A stretch of 63,116 nt of DNA, filler included, from Globobulimina sp. (GCA_003354225.1; 55 parts of 55 records of this genome joined end to end with filler, not necessarily neighbours in it); one strand, 5' to 3'; shown: positions 12,653-25,302, numbered from the whole stretch's first letter. Translations and numbers: made by a program. Notes: a model not told the origin generated them from the sequence alone.

Positions 12653-13459
12653 AAACAAAATAGTAATATCGTCTCTTGTTTAGCATTAGATGAGAATGAA
12701 AGGAAGAATAAGATAATATTAGTGACCGGTTCCTATGACAAAACCATTATTGTATGGAAAGGCAAACAAAGTAATTATAAAAACAGACATAGTCGATCGA
12801 TCTCAGCAAATTATTATCAAATGAAAAGTAATGAGTGTTGTTTGTCCATATCGCAGGTTTATACCAAAACTAAGCATGATTCAGAAATAAATTGTGTGGA
12901 TATTGCCATCGAAAAAGGCATAATTATTGTTGGCTGTAAATCCGGTTCGATTTATATGTATAATTTAAGTAAAGGCAATACATTGTGGGGCACAAATATA
13001 TCGTCCAATATTGCAATATGTCGCGTCTCCAAAACATTTGGCAGTGTGTTGTGTTATGTGTGTAATTATGACAATAAACCGGCGCAATTGTACTTGTTTA
13101 ATAATGCAGGAAACTTATTAAATCAACATATTATTACTGATAATGATAAATACCATGAAGTCTCATTTAGTAAGTCTGGAAATAATGTGTGTTGTGGCGG
13201 TCTAAACAAATCCATTGTTATTTATAATTTGCCGTCATTTAATGTATTGAGACAGTTAAATGACAGTAATGATGTCATACGACATGTGTTTACGGACAAA
13301 GACGAGAGATATATTATTGCGGCTTTGTCCAATGGCAATGTATTATTATATTCTTATCCTGAATCTGCACAGAAAAGTACACCCAAGTTACCACATAGAA
13401 AATCATTGTATGGCATTGCTGGAAATGCGAAAAAAAGTAATCCATTTCAATTAAAATAA
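12653..13459 (+). CDS. WD40-repeat C-terminus, possibly of a BEACH-domain protein
   Basis: VSCLAL..LVTGSYDKTIIVW and HDSEINCVDI..IIIVGCKSGSIYMY repeats. The BEACH assignment is inference from the repeat pattern. Confidence 0.75.
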   Translation, partial: KQNSNIVSCLALDENERKNKIILVTGSYDKTIIVWKGKQSNYKNRHSRSISANYYQMKSNECCLSISQVYTKTKHDSEINCVDIAIEKGIIIVGCKSGSIYMYNLSKGNTLWGTNISSNIAICRVSKTFGSVLCYVCNYDNKPAQLYLFNNAGNLLNQHIITDNDKYHEVSFSKSGNNVCCGGLNKSIVIYNLPSFNVLRQLNDSNDVIRHVFTDKDERYIIAALSNGNVLLYSYPESAQKSTPKLPHRKSLYGIAGNAKKSNPFQLK

Positions 13460-13802
13460 TGTGTTTTGTTTTTTGTTTATAGTAAATTATCTTGTTTTAT
13501 TTCAGTTTATATAGCTTTTTGTTTGGTTGACATCATTATTGATCCGGTGATTTTTGCTCAAATCCGCCGCTTTTCCCAGCAAATCGCGACCTTCTTTCAT
13601 AGGGAAATATGGATCCCCAGACAGCCGAAATATTCTTTAAATAGATGCTTTCCATACAAAAAAAAAACATGTGCATTTATGTGAAAGCGGACTAATCCAT
13701 CANNNNNNNNNNNNNNNNNNNNNNNNNNNNNNNNNNNNNNNNNNNNTTAATTAATTAANNNNNNNNNNNNNNNNNNNNNNNNNNNNNNNNNNNNNNNNNN
13801 NN

Positions 13803-14852
13803 CATTGCAATAGTTATGACAGTAATATAGCTACATTGCGTTAGTTATGTTACACTCTTATTGACATGTCAGTAATATAGCTCCATTGCAATAGTTATGT
13901 AACACTCTTATTGGCATGTCAGTAATATAGCTACATTGCAATAGTTTTGTAACACTCTTATTGACATGCCAGTAATATAGCTCCATTGCAATGGTTATGT
14001 TACAATATTATTGGCATGACAGTAATATAGCTCCATTGCAATAGTTATGTTACAATATTATTGGCATGACAGTAATATAGCTCCATTGCAATAGTTGTGT
14101 TACAATCTTATTGGCATGTCAGTAATACAGCTCTATTGCAATAGTTATGTAACACTCTTATTGGCATGTCAGTAATATAGCTCCATTGCAATAGTTATGT
14201 TACAATCTTATTGGCATATCAGTAAAACTGCTCCATTGCAATAGTTATGTATCAGTCTTATTGGCATGTCAGTAATACAGCTCCATTGCAATAGTTATGT
14301 ATCACTCTTATTGGCATGTCAGTAATACAGTTCCATTGCAATAGTTGTGTTACAATCTTATTGGCATATCAGTAAAACTGCTCTATTGCAATAGTTATGT
14401 TACAATCTTATTGGCATGTCAGTAATATAGCTACATTGCAATAGTTGTGTTACAATCTTATTGGCATGTCAATAATATAGCTACATTGCAATAGTTATGT
14501 TACAATCTTATTGGCATATCAGTAAAACTGCTCCATTGCAATAGTTATGTAGCAGTCTTATTGGCATATCAGTAAAACTGCTCCATTGCAATAGTTATGT
14601 AGCAGTCTTATTGGTATGTCAGTAATACAGCCCAATTGCAATAGTTGTGTTACAATCTCATTTCATGTCAGTAATATAGCTTCATTGCAATAGTTATGTA
14701 ACACTCTTATTGGCATGTCAGTAATATAGCTCCATTGCAATAGTTATGTAGCACTCTTATTGGCATGTCAGTAATACAGCTCCATTGCACTAGTTGTGTT
14801 ACAATCTTATTGGCATGTCAGTAATATAGCTACATTGCAATAGTTATGTAGC
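13803..14852. repeat. Tandem satellite, 50-bp unit, about 21 copies
   Basis: Consensus ctccattgcaatagttatgttacaatcttattggcatgtcagtaatatag repeated head to tail across the whole contig, with point variants. Confidence 0.98.
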
Positions 14853-14991
14853 NNNNNNNNNNNNNNNNNNNNNNNNNNNNNNNNNNNNNNNNNNNNTTAA
14901 TTAATTAANNNNNNNNNNNNNNNNNNNNNNNNNNNNNNNNNNNNNNNNNNNNCGCGCTGCGGCAAAATTCAGTAATCACTGCCATATACAT

Positions 14992-16002
14992 ATGGCATTA
15001 CTATCATTTGTAGTGTTTCTTTGCATATTTGCAATGACATTAATGAACAATCATTTAGAACTATATTTCAATAATTCTATAGATAACAAACGGCAATTAA
15101 CCAAAAATGAGTTTAAAATTCAACATTGTCATAATCTGTTGGATATTTTGAGCGTTAAATGGAAGAATACTACTAATTGTTCATGGAATTTTGTACCATC
15201 ACAATGCAAATTCGTCACAAAATATAATACCTCAACAGCAAAATCGTTATTACAAACACTTGCCAATCAAAGTATTTTACTGACGTTGTTTGGGGATTCT
15301 GTGACTCGGCGTAGTGGGCTCACATTGGATATGTACATCAATAAACATGGCAGAATGGAGCCATTCCGAGACTTCACATATAGAAAAGCATATACATATT
15401 TTGTTTTGCATTCGTGGGTCAATGTGCATTGGCAAACAGAATGGGCGCCGACAACTAAACATATACTGCATCTTTTAAACAGTAAAGCTTACACAAAATA
15501 TTGGTATCGGACTAACCACACAATGCATATTGCTGTGCTCGGTGTTGGTGTTTGGATGTATCAAGAAAATGCAAAGAATGTTACAGTGGAGTGGCTCACT
15601 CAAAATTTGGCAGACATGGGCACATGATTATGTGCAAAAGATTTATCATAACTATTTTGATGCAAACAATAAAGTTGCTGTGAACAATAGAAAGAAATTG
15701 TACATAATTCTACGTACTCAAACTTGTGTTGGTTGTTATTCAATAAATATCTCATCAAATATGCCACACAATATGGAATTCCGATATTTGATACATATTG
15801 GTCCTGCTTTGAGGAAGGCTATTATATGAATATGGACGAAAGTATGAAAAATATAGAAATATATGATCAATTGGGTCATATTGATTGTCCATTTTGTGGA
15901 AGCAGTCTCGGCCAATATAGGCATCAATGTATTGAATGTGATGACGGAAATTGTGTCCATATGCGATCGAATGGACGAATGATACTCATCCAACAAATAC
16001 TA
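14992..16002 (+). pseudogene. SGNH/PC-esterase-like type II membrane protein with two frameshifts
   Basis: N-terminal TM, LTLFGDSVTR motif, VLGVGVW and a late DDGNCVH. The coding frame changes near 15605 and near 15725. Confidence 0.65.
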
Positions 16003-16102
16003 NNNNNNNNNNNNNNNNNNNNNNNNNNNNNNNNNNNNNNNNNNNNTTAATTAATTAANNNNNNNNNNNNNNNNNNNNNNNNNNNNNNNNNNNNNNNNNN
16101 NN

Positions 16103-16767
16103 TCTCTGTCAAATATATCGCCAAAGCTTTTTGTCTGTTTTATAATTTGTATCACTTTCTGCTCTCTTGATTTGTGTTGTTTTTTGAATATTTTCTTGAT
16201 TGAACTGAAAAAAAACGAATTGAACACATACGCTCTTTTTTTAATATGCGAAGGCCATGCGGAATAAATGTATTTCATACCAAAATTAACAATGTCATCA
16301 TTCAACCATTCATTATTAGACAATCGTTGGTAATCTGTCCCTCGTATAATAAATATCTCTTCTTTGTGTGAATATTGTGTCGGGAACACCCAATAACATC
16401 GTTCATCTTTATGGTATGGCTCCTTCTTTGTATTCATAACATATAATAATGAATTATTATGATGCGGCTTGCTCAGAAACTCCCGGTTCTCAATATATGA
16501 TTTATAATCGCTTAATATTGTTTTATTTGTCGTTGAATTCTCAAATTCCTGCAATTCGCTCATACGCGAAGATAAACTCGAATCAGAATCAGAATCATGA
16601 TCACTGGCTTCATCTTTCTCACATTTATCGCTCTCATCATTTGAATCAGAATCAGAATCACAATATGTATCACAATCACTTTCCTCCAGCTCAGCATTCA
16701 AACATTGCAACGTTTTTCGTTTATTTATAATTTGCCATTCATTCCTCATGGTTTTATCCACTCTCAA
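16103..16767 (-). CDS. Ulp1/SENP (C48) SUMO protease, start of the catalytic domain, partial
   Basis: DYQRLSNNEWLNDDIVNFGMKYI and YVFNSFFF, preceded by an acidic Ser/Asp tract. Confidence 0.85.
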
Positions 16768-17707
16768 ATTTTTTAAAAATGCATTTTTATCTTCATTTCT
16801 GTATAGTTAATGAATATAAATATATAAACATAATATATAGTGAACTCAACTCAATTATGGTGTGATAATCGAGTAAATTGCAGGGAAAGCGAGAGTTAAT
16901 GATATTGAATAATTGTTGAAAAGATTGTGCATCAATGACGATAGAAATAAATGCTTTGCTCGGATGGGAAACAGTGTAATAACTGTTACATGGTCGGAAA
17001 TATGCTTCTAACCATTTGTACGCAGTTAATGGCTGTTTCAGCGTTAAAAATATGACATTCAAATATTGCCCAAACGCAAGGCATTGACTCATCTGATTGC
17101 ATGGGAAAAATGATGGGTTCTTTGGTATTACTAATTGAGAAATATTGGAGTGNNNNNNNNNNNNNNNNNNNNNNNNNNNNNNNNNNNNNNNNNNNNTTAA
17201 TTAATTAANNNNNNNNNNNNNNNNNNNNNNNNNNNNNNNNNNNNNNNNNNNNTGGGATATGTGGGTGGAAAGGGAATGAAAGCCTGAAAACAACTATTTA
17301 CGAACAAATAATAACACAACAAATGGTTAACTATGGAATAGTAGAGTTTTATTTAGGAGACGAGTAAACTCCTCCTAGCTGCTATATGTCCGAATTTTTT
17401 GAATATTGTGATTGCTATTATTGCTCTAAAATGACATCTTCACGTGTAGTTTTATAATACGTAATAGTAACAACAAAAGACAAAAAATTAGCAGTTTTCA
17501 ATAGTCGAGTTTTAATTAGGCAATTAGTGACTTTCTTCTACTGTTATCGACGCTTTAACATGAGACACGTTTTATAATTGTACCAATTGATAAAAGCACA
17601 AAATATGTATCAATTTTCAAATAAAGGTCAGTTTACACTAAAAATAATCAATTTACACAATAACAATATAAACAAATTTATACAAACATTTCATCGATCG
17701 TATTGTA

Positions 17708-18302
17708 CTAATGTCCTGCTCCATGTGGCTTAGCATTTGGACGGTTTTCACAAATGTTCAGATACAAATTTCGTTTTCGCTTCACAGCTCTTTTAGTTGA
17801 CAACATTGCTTTTCGACCATTCCCACAATCAATAGCACCACCAGCAGGCCTTTTGCGTGGTAGAGCTTTCATTTTTCTGCTCACTCCTTGACGCCGACGT
17901 GAAATTGAGGTTGGCTGGACGTTTATTTTCTTGCCAGAATTGAATGAATATCGTCCTTTCGAAGTGATACCACAAAAGCGAGAAAGGACAGTACTGGAGG
18001 AAGATGACTTAGCCACCGACTTCAGTTTACCAATAATTATCGGAGTGTTTGGATCATCATTAGGGAGCTCGTCGACCATATTCGATAGAATTACTTTGAG
18101 TTCAGCTTTGCTGTCAATTATTTTCTGTTCATCAAACCAGGGTACTTCATTGGCATCAGCAGGTTCTGGTTCTACATTCTCTATTTCTTCATTTTGCACC
18201 ATATCAATGTTCAAATTATCACTAACAATATTATCTCCATCAGCAACACCATAGAAATTAGGGTGTTGGGCTTGATAACCCAGTGCGATTTGTATATTTA
18301 CT
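17708..18302 (-). mobile_element. C-terminal tail of a probable MULE/SWIM-type transposase-related protein
   Basis: KINVQPTSISRRR..KRKRNLYLNI..NRPNAKPHGAGH resembles the basic tail of invertebrate MULE-related ORFs. No catalytic core lies in the contig. Confidence 0.45.
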
Positions 18303-18402
18303 NNNNNNNNNNNNNNNNNNNNNNNNNNNNNNNNNNNNNNNNNNNNTTAATTAATTAANNNNNNNNNNNNNNNNNNNNNNNNNNNNNNNNNNNNNNNNNN
18401 NN

Positions 18403-19452
18403 ATTTTTTTTCATGTCAAAGTATCGCTGAAAATATGATGGAAAGATTTGAATGGAATCATGAGTTAACTCAACAGTTAAATTCCATTTTAAATCACCAC
18501 CAATATCTTCCAAATCATATTCCAAATGATTTATACCAGGAAGCATTAATTACATTAATGCACATACTCTTAAAAAATGAAAAAATTCCGAAAAATGATG
18601 CACATAAAAACTATAATAAAACGCCAATGACAATTCCGAAAATTGTAGATATTGTAAAATTAGTATCTACAAACGATTCTGCACTGAGTTAATGTCTGCA
18701 AAATATTTATTTTTCCATATTGAAATTTTATAAAAAAACGAATTAAAATATTTAGATATCAACGATTTACAACATACGTTACATTTTTTGTACCGACTTC
18801 AATTGGAATTAGGCGAAGAATTCATGGAATCACTTCAAGTATTTCTATCAATACATATGTACTTAGATGGATTATTAAATGAAATGAGATATTCGGCCCA
18901 AAGATGGGAAGCAATGCCTTATAATCATTCAAAACACCGTCAAGTTAAATAATTATCGGTAGATATACATTATATTAATTTAAATTGTTCAGGAATGGCA
19001 TCGACATTTGGCGCAAACTCTGAATATGGAACATAAATTATCGCAAATTGATGACAACTTTATAAGTTCATCCAGTATCAGTTTGGAAGGATCAGTGTTG
19101 CAGCAAACAAACAATGATGAATTTGAACAAAATATATTGCCTTATTTACAAATCATAAAAAATAAACTGTCATCAGATATTGTGCCTGATTCACCATCTA
19201 ATCCTGAAAGCAAATCACAATCATTTTCATCAAATGATATTTTACAAATTGCAGTAATATTGAAACAAGTTTTAAAATCTACTGAACATCAACACAAAAT
19301 ATCAAATCACGTTATCGAAACATATTTAAATCAAACCAAACAACATTCCGTCACTGTCGATCTTCAAAATCTCACACGTTTCATTTCAAAGCAGGTCATG
19401 CTTTCTGTTGTGTGTATTTATAGAGCTTTCTTTGTTCTTCAAGGCGCTGTGC
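18403..19452 (+). CDS. Multi-exon hypothetical protein fragment
   Basis: Three coding-like blocks (about 18403-18685, 18755-18942, 18993-19394) separated by short AT-rich GT-AG segments. Confidence 0.5.
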
Positions 19453-19678
19453 NNNNNNNNNNNNNNNNNNNNNNNNNNNNNNNNNNNNNNNNNNNNTTAA
19501 TTAATTAANNNNNNNNNNNNNNNNNNNNNNNNNNNNNNNNNNNNNNNNNNNNAATAACGATGAAGTGAGTTTGTAAGGATGCTAAGACGTCGATTTCATC
19601 TCTGCGAGGTAAGTAACAAAAACGTTCACCCTATAATACGAACATGGCCACTGTATTTGAAGTGTCTAATCGAAAGCA

Positions 19679-20226
19679 TTGAAAAAGAAATTGGTAAAGT
19701 ACCACAACATCTGCAAAAACTTCATCGCAATGTCGTATATGTGTAGAGAAGCAATGAGGAATAGCCGAGCTGAACTCGACAAGGTGTACATTGTCCTCTC
19801 AGCATACATTTTATTTGTATATGATTTGCGACAATTGCATCAAATCATTGTTCACTATTTATTACATAGAGATGGGAAAATACGGCAAGAAATCGACAAG
19901 TCGAAGAAGCAGGAAAATTTGTGGGTCAAACCGCAGCTGAGACAGCTGGTGCAGAAGCTCTTGAAAGGATGATGGGAAAGGCTGCTCATGGCTCATTGCC
20001 AGGAGTTGGAGGAATGGGTTTGGCACATATTACAGGTCCAATACATGCAGCAAGAGGTGACGATGTGGCTGCAGTGGAATCTGCGGCAGGAGCATATTTT
20101 GGATTGGCTGGTGCTGTTATTGGTAGTGCATTTGGTGGTCCAGTTGGTGCTGCTGTCTTTGGTTTTTTGGGAGCACTTATTGGAGGAATTGGTAGTGGGG
20201 CAATTGTTAAAAATCATAGGAAGTGA
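19679..20226 (+). CDS. Helical protein with a C-terminal glycine zipper, intron 19784-19869
   Basis: Splicing joins RAELDK to RWENTAR in frame. The tail is GAYFGLAGAVIGSAFGGPVGAAVFGFLGALIGGIGSG. Confidence 0.65.
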
Positions 20227-20799
20227 TCAAGACAAATACTTTAGAATAGGACGTGTTTTTATTTTCAAGTGTAATAATAATGACCTCCACAGTAGTTTAC
20301 TGCTGAAAGGAACTTTTAAATAATTCTCTTGTTTGTGAGATAAACGGTAAACTTTGTCGTGAATTACTTGTCATAATCGCGGACAATTAAAATGTAGCTG
20401 CACTGAAGTACACTTATCAGATCATTTAAATTAAACAAAAAGTAACAGTACATTTCTCTGTGTGTTCTTGGAGCCTGCTCCGACTAGGTTTAAACATTGA
20501 TTATATCCATTTCAAATCATGTAATGGCAGCTGTAATATTACTGTATGTAAGAAAAGTCCTTGTGTGTTGTGTTTGGTATCTTTTTTTTTTTTGCGTCTT
20601 GANNNNNNNNNNNNNNNNNNNNNNNNNNNNNNNNNNNNNNNNNNNNTTAATTAATTAANNNNNNNNNNNNNNNNNNNNNNNNNNNNNNNNNNNNNNNNNN
20701 NNTTTAACGGATTTCGATGTGATTATCGATGACTAGCTCACTTCAAGAAAATCTTAATATCAGGGTTCTCACCTCATAGACGACAAATTTTTACCTTTA

Positions 20800-20964
20800 C
20801 AAGGGGGATCCTACTATAATTCGGTCCTACTATAATTCGGTCCTACTATAATTCGGTGATATTTATGAAATTCCCAAGGGGGTACCCTTGGAAATATTTT
20901 AGAATCATGCCAGCGAAGAATTAATTCAGTTATAATTCGCCGAATTATAGTAGGAACCCCCTTG
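20800..20964. mobile_element. 165-bp MITE of Tc1/mariner type
   Basis: 25-bp TIRs (caagggggatcctactataattcgg / ccgaattatagtaggaacccccttg, 1 mismatch), flanked by TA at 20798-20799 and 20965-20966. Confidence 0.88.
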
Positions 20965-21752
20965 TATTGCAAAGATTTAATTGCTAATTTTATCGATTGG
21001 TGGCAAAAAGTTCGCAATTCCATTGCCGCTGCAAAATTACATGAGAAAATAATTGAAGTATTGGTGGGTAAAATATATTCCTCATTAAATAAGTTGTATG
21101 GTGCTGTTGGCGGTGCCATCGATACAAATATCGACGTGAAAGTGGATGGTGTTATATTCAAATATAAAACGCAGAAACAAATTAAAAACTCATTAGTGGA
21201 TTGGGAGTGTGTTGAATGTAATGTTTTGAATGAGAGTGAATCAATAATTTGTATTAAATGTGGATTAAATAAAGAAAAGAAACAGAAAAAGAAAGTGGAT
21301 GGATGGAATTGTCATATATGTACATTTACAAATGATTGTAATACGCAAATATGTTTAATGTGTAATTCAGGAATAAATTCTGTAAAAGCAAAAGAAGCAA
21401 AAGTTGAAATTGAAGAAAAAGAAGAAAAGAAAGAAGAAAAAGGTAGAAATGATATTTATTTTTGGTGTAAAGAGGTGCTAAAATTACCAGAATATTATAA
21501 ATTATTTGACGACAATGGTTTTAATGAGATGTCAGATTTTAAAAATATAACAAATGATGATTTAAATGTAATTGGTATTAAATTAGGCCATAAACAAAGA
21601 ATCATGACAGAAATAAATAAAATAAATAATAACGAAAAAGAGAGAGGAAAAGAAGAAGAAAAGAAAGAAGAAAAAGGAATACATTTTGTACGAGAATGGT
21701 TAACAAAGACAGTGGGACTCGGACAATATTTTAATAATTTTATCGAGGATGG
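20965..21752 (+). CDS. Protein with two RanBP2-type zinc fingers and SAM domains, partial
   Basis: WECVECNVLN..CIKC and WNCHICTFTN..CLMC, then WCKEVLKLPEYYKLF..DLNVIGIKLGHKQRI and the start of a second SAM domain. Confidence 0.85.
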
Positions 21753-21854
21753 NNNNNNNNNNNNNNNNNNNNNNNNNNNNNNNNNNNNNNNNNNNNTTAA
21801 TTAATTAANNNNNNNNNNNNNNNNNNNNNNNNNNNNNNNNNNNNNNNNNNNNAA

Positions 21855-22898
21855 CTTCAGTTAAAGCCACCGTTATTATTCCAAGCACATAACTTCAAAT
21901 TAATACATCATCATTTTGTCAACGAAATTTTAAATCCACCAAAAAAAAAGAAAAGAAAACCAAAGAAACAAAGTTTATTAAGAATCGATGAGTTACAAAC
22001 TAAGTTACAAAACGAAGCAAATACAAACAAGTCGAACAGGGTTTTATTTCCCAAACACAATTTCAATAATAATAATAAATCAGTATCGTTGCAAGCATAT
22101 GAAGCCGTGGAGGCATTAGCGATTTGTCATAATGTAACCCCGATAATCAATGATGACAACGATAATAAAATCAACTATGAAGCAAGTTCGCCGGATGAAA
22201 TAGCAATGGTTAGATTTACAGAGAAATGCGGTGTTAAATTGATACATCGCACACCGGAACAGATCCGATTGCGAATATACCAACAAATATATGAAGACGA
22301 TGAATATAAATACGGCTTATATGACGATGATTATATTGATTTAAATTATGAAATACTAAATATATTTCCGTTTACCTCAGAATCGAAAAGAATGGGTATT
22401 ATAATCAAATCCTTACCGAAAGGAGAAATTGCTTTTTATTCCAAAGGAGCTGATGTTGTGATGAAAAATATGATTGAATCGGGTGCAGAGGACTGGATGG
22501 ACGAAGAAGTGGAGAATTTGTCACGCGAAGGATTAAGAACATTAGTTTTTGCAAAACGGCAACTAACAACGGATGAATATAATTCATTTGTGTCGAAATA
22601 TAATTCAGCATCGATTGCAATGAATGCATCGCGTAAAATGCAAATGGAGTCCATTCGTCACAGTTTATTAGAACAAGACATGCAGTTATTGTGTGTTACG
22701 GGCGTCGAGGATAAGTTGCAGGACAATGTACAATCCACCATTGAAATACTGCGCAATGCTCATATAAAGATATGGATGTTGACTGGCGATAAAATTGAAA
22801 CAGCAAAGGTCATCGCGAGGTCCTCTCGTTTGATATCATATGGACAAGAAATATACGACTTGGGATCAGCGGACAGGAAAATATACGGCTGTTGTTAA
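21855..22898 (+). CDS. ATP9: P4-ATPase phospholipid flippase of the ATP9/Neo1 type, internal fragment
   Basis: ALAICHNVTP, YEASSPDEIA, FPFTSESKRMGII, KGAD, EGLRTLV, GVEDKLQ, IWMLTGDKIETA. Confidence 0.92.
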   Translation, partial: LQLKPPLLFQAHNFKLIHHHFVNEILNPPKKKKRKPKKQSLLRIDELQTKLQNEANTNKSNRVLFPKHNFNNNNKSVSLQAYEAVEALAICHNVTPIINDDNDNKINYEASSPDEIAMVRFTEKCGVKLIHRTPEQIRLRIYQQIYEDDEYKYGLYDDDYIDLNYEILNIFPFTSESKRMGIIIKSLPKGEIAFYSKGADVVMKNMIESGAEDWMDEEVENLSREGLRTLVFAKRQLTTDEYNSFVSKYNSASIAMNASRKMQMESIRHSLLEQDMQLLCVTGVEDKLQDNVQSTIEILRNAHIKIWMLTGDKIETAKVIARSSRLISYGQEIYDLGSADRKIYGCC

Positions 22899-23002
22899 GC
22901 TTNNNNNNNNNNNNNNNNNNNNNNNNNNNNNNNNNNNNNNNNNNNNTTAATTAATTAANNNNNNNNNNNNNNNNNNNNNNNNNNNNNNNNNNNNNNNNNN
23001 NN

Positions 23003-24052
23003 GGATTAATTGGTTATAATAGGAGTTAGAGTGTTTCTGATGATGGAATGGAAATTGGACTTACTTGTCGTACTGGAACCATTAGATTGTGAATTAAAGA
23101 TGAAAAGTTATTTCACAAATCAGATACTGAGTTATTTTATCCACAAATACATGGTGATGATTATACTATTAAAGATTGGGAAAATTCACCAAACCCAAAA
23201 TTAAAGGGTCGCTCTATCGGAATAATTAAAGAGAATTTAAACGAATACTCAAAAAATTTATCTGTTTCATCCGATAGTAAGTACTTCGCATTAGGAACCA
23301 ATAAGGGTATTCGACTTTTCGATCGCAAGGGTAAATTAATCTGGCATAATTTAATGCTGGATGCACCTTATTTTATAAACATTACACCTGATAATAAATT
23401 TATTATTGCTGAAGGTGAAGGAGCAATACATTGGTATCGTTTAAAGGATGGGAAAAAAGTTCTATCATTTTTTCTCGATCAGGATAAAAAAGAGTGGGTT
23501 GCGTGGACTCCAGGAGGATATTATATGTCTTCCCCTTATGGCGATAAATTAATTGGATGGCATTTAAACAATACTCGAGAGACAACAGCTGATTTTTATA
23601 CAGCATTTCAGTTTGAACATATCTTTTACAACCCAGAGTATGTAAAAGCATACATTAAGCATATGGGAGATGAATTAAAAGCAAAAGAAGAAATTAATGA
23701 ATCCCTATTTAACGCTGACAATCTCAGGTCGATTGCTCCACCTAAAATTGATATTAAAGAAATTAAAAACAATGATCTACAAAATATAAACGAAATGTTA
23801 GTTCAAATTAACGCGGAGAAGAGATCATTGCCTATGATCGACTACACAGTGTTTGTAAATAATATACCGATAACTCAGAAATTTGAGAGAACATTGATAG
23901 GTTCAGAAACTAATGTATTTCAAAAAATTGTGAAAATTCCATTCTTTGAAAAAGAAAATACAATTAGGGTTGAAATCTCCAATGGCAAATCAATGGGCTT
24001 ATCTGAGATTAAGATCTTTAAAGACAATAAATCAGTTGCAAAATCAAATGGA
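23003..24052 (+). CDS. Bacterial WD40-repeat protein of the type usually fused to a C-terminal caspase-like (C14) domain; fragment with two upstream in-frame stops
   Basis: DWENSPNPKLKG, EWVAWTPGGYYMSSPYGDKLIGWHLN and an Ig-like VFVNNIP..GENTIRV-type segment. TAG at 23027 and TGA at 23090 lie in the same frame. Confidence 0.7.
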
Positions 24053-24152
24053 NNNNNNNNNNNNNNNNNNNNNNNNNNNNNNNNNNNNNNNNNNNNTTAA
24101 TTAATTAANNNNNNNNNNNNNNNNNNNNNNNNNNNNNNNNNNNNNNNNNNNN

Positions 24153-25202
24153 TTAAAACTATCATTTTATTGGAAATTATTTCCGAACAAACCCATATCC
24201 TATATGCATATCTGGTCCTCCCTTCCAAATATAAATTCATATACTCTCTATAAACAATATACCGAATTAAAAAACAAATGGCTACCAATCAAACAAAATA
24301 CAGTCAATAACATCACTGTCACATCCGACCCATTCAATAAAGCCTTAGACACCACTGAACTGAGACCAATCATTGTCCTAAAACAGCACAAAGAGACTGT
24401 CAATTCATTCAATGACTATCATCCATTAAAAATCCTCAAACATCATCTCTCCGATTACAAAGCAATGAATATTTATGAGGTTCCTGATCTAGAGAGCTAT
24501 GTAAATGATTCAATGGTCCAACAATACCGCCAATTATTTTACTACTTCAACCAAAAACCAACTCCATGCAATCTTTGCCATTGCAATATCAATATACCAA
24601 TAGAAACCCACCTCTGTGCATACTGTCCCATTTTAACTAATTTCAGACACACTTATTGGAACCATGCAAGAATGACATTTGCCAGAATTGGATCGAAAAT
24701 AAATCAGTTCCATAACCAACTATTCATGCAAAGACTCATCGAATTCTGCTATGATGTCCGACAGAAACCATTAACATTATGGAAAATAATATGTGGAGCG
24801 AATTGTTTCAATGAAAAAACCCTTGAATTTGCCTATAAATTCTATAAAATTGATGTCTCTCATTCAAGAAACACTTTATATAAAAACATAGTATCACAAA
24901 CCCATCGCTATCTCGATACGGTTTATAGAATCCACAATAACCATATTACGCTCCGTTATTGCATCAATCAACACAACTTCGTTGATGGCAGACTCATCAT
25001 ACATCACACCAGAAATGACACCATTGATGATTGGTATAATTATCAATACAAAATCCGATCAACAGACATCATCATAGCCACTGATTCCTCCAATGAAGAC
25101 AATAGAACTGGCATCGGCATAATGATAAAAGATGGCAACAAAATACACTGCCTCGCACAACCAATTGGATCGCAAACCAATCACTATGGTGAATTATTAG
25201 CT
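24153..25202 (+). mobile_element. Non-LTR retrotransposon C-terminal region: zinc-binding motif followed by RNase H
   Basis: CNLC..ETHL..CP (zf-RVT-like), then IIIATDSS..RTGIGIMI..TNHYGELLA (first RNase H Asp and Glu motifs). The coding strand is A/C-rich. Confidence 0.75.
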
Positions 25203-25302
25203 NNNNNNNNNNNNNNNNNNNNNNNNNNNNNNNNNNNNNNNNNNNNTTAATTAATTAANNNNNNNNNNNNNNNNNNNNNNNNNNNNNNNNNNNNNNNNNN
25301 NN

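Noticed and set aside
13803..14852. CRISPR array
   Set aside because: The units are contiguous 50-mers with no unique spacers, and no cas genes are present.
14992..16002. Programmed ribosomal frameshifting in the SGNH-like gene
   Set aside because: Two separate shifts with no clear slippery heptamer plus structure. A pseudogene or indel errors are simpler explanations.
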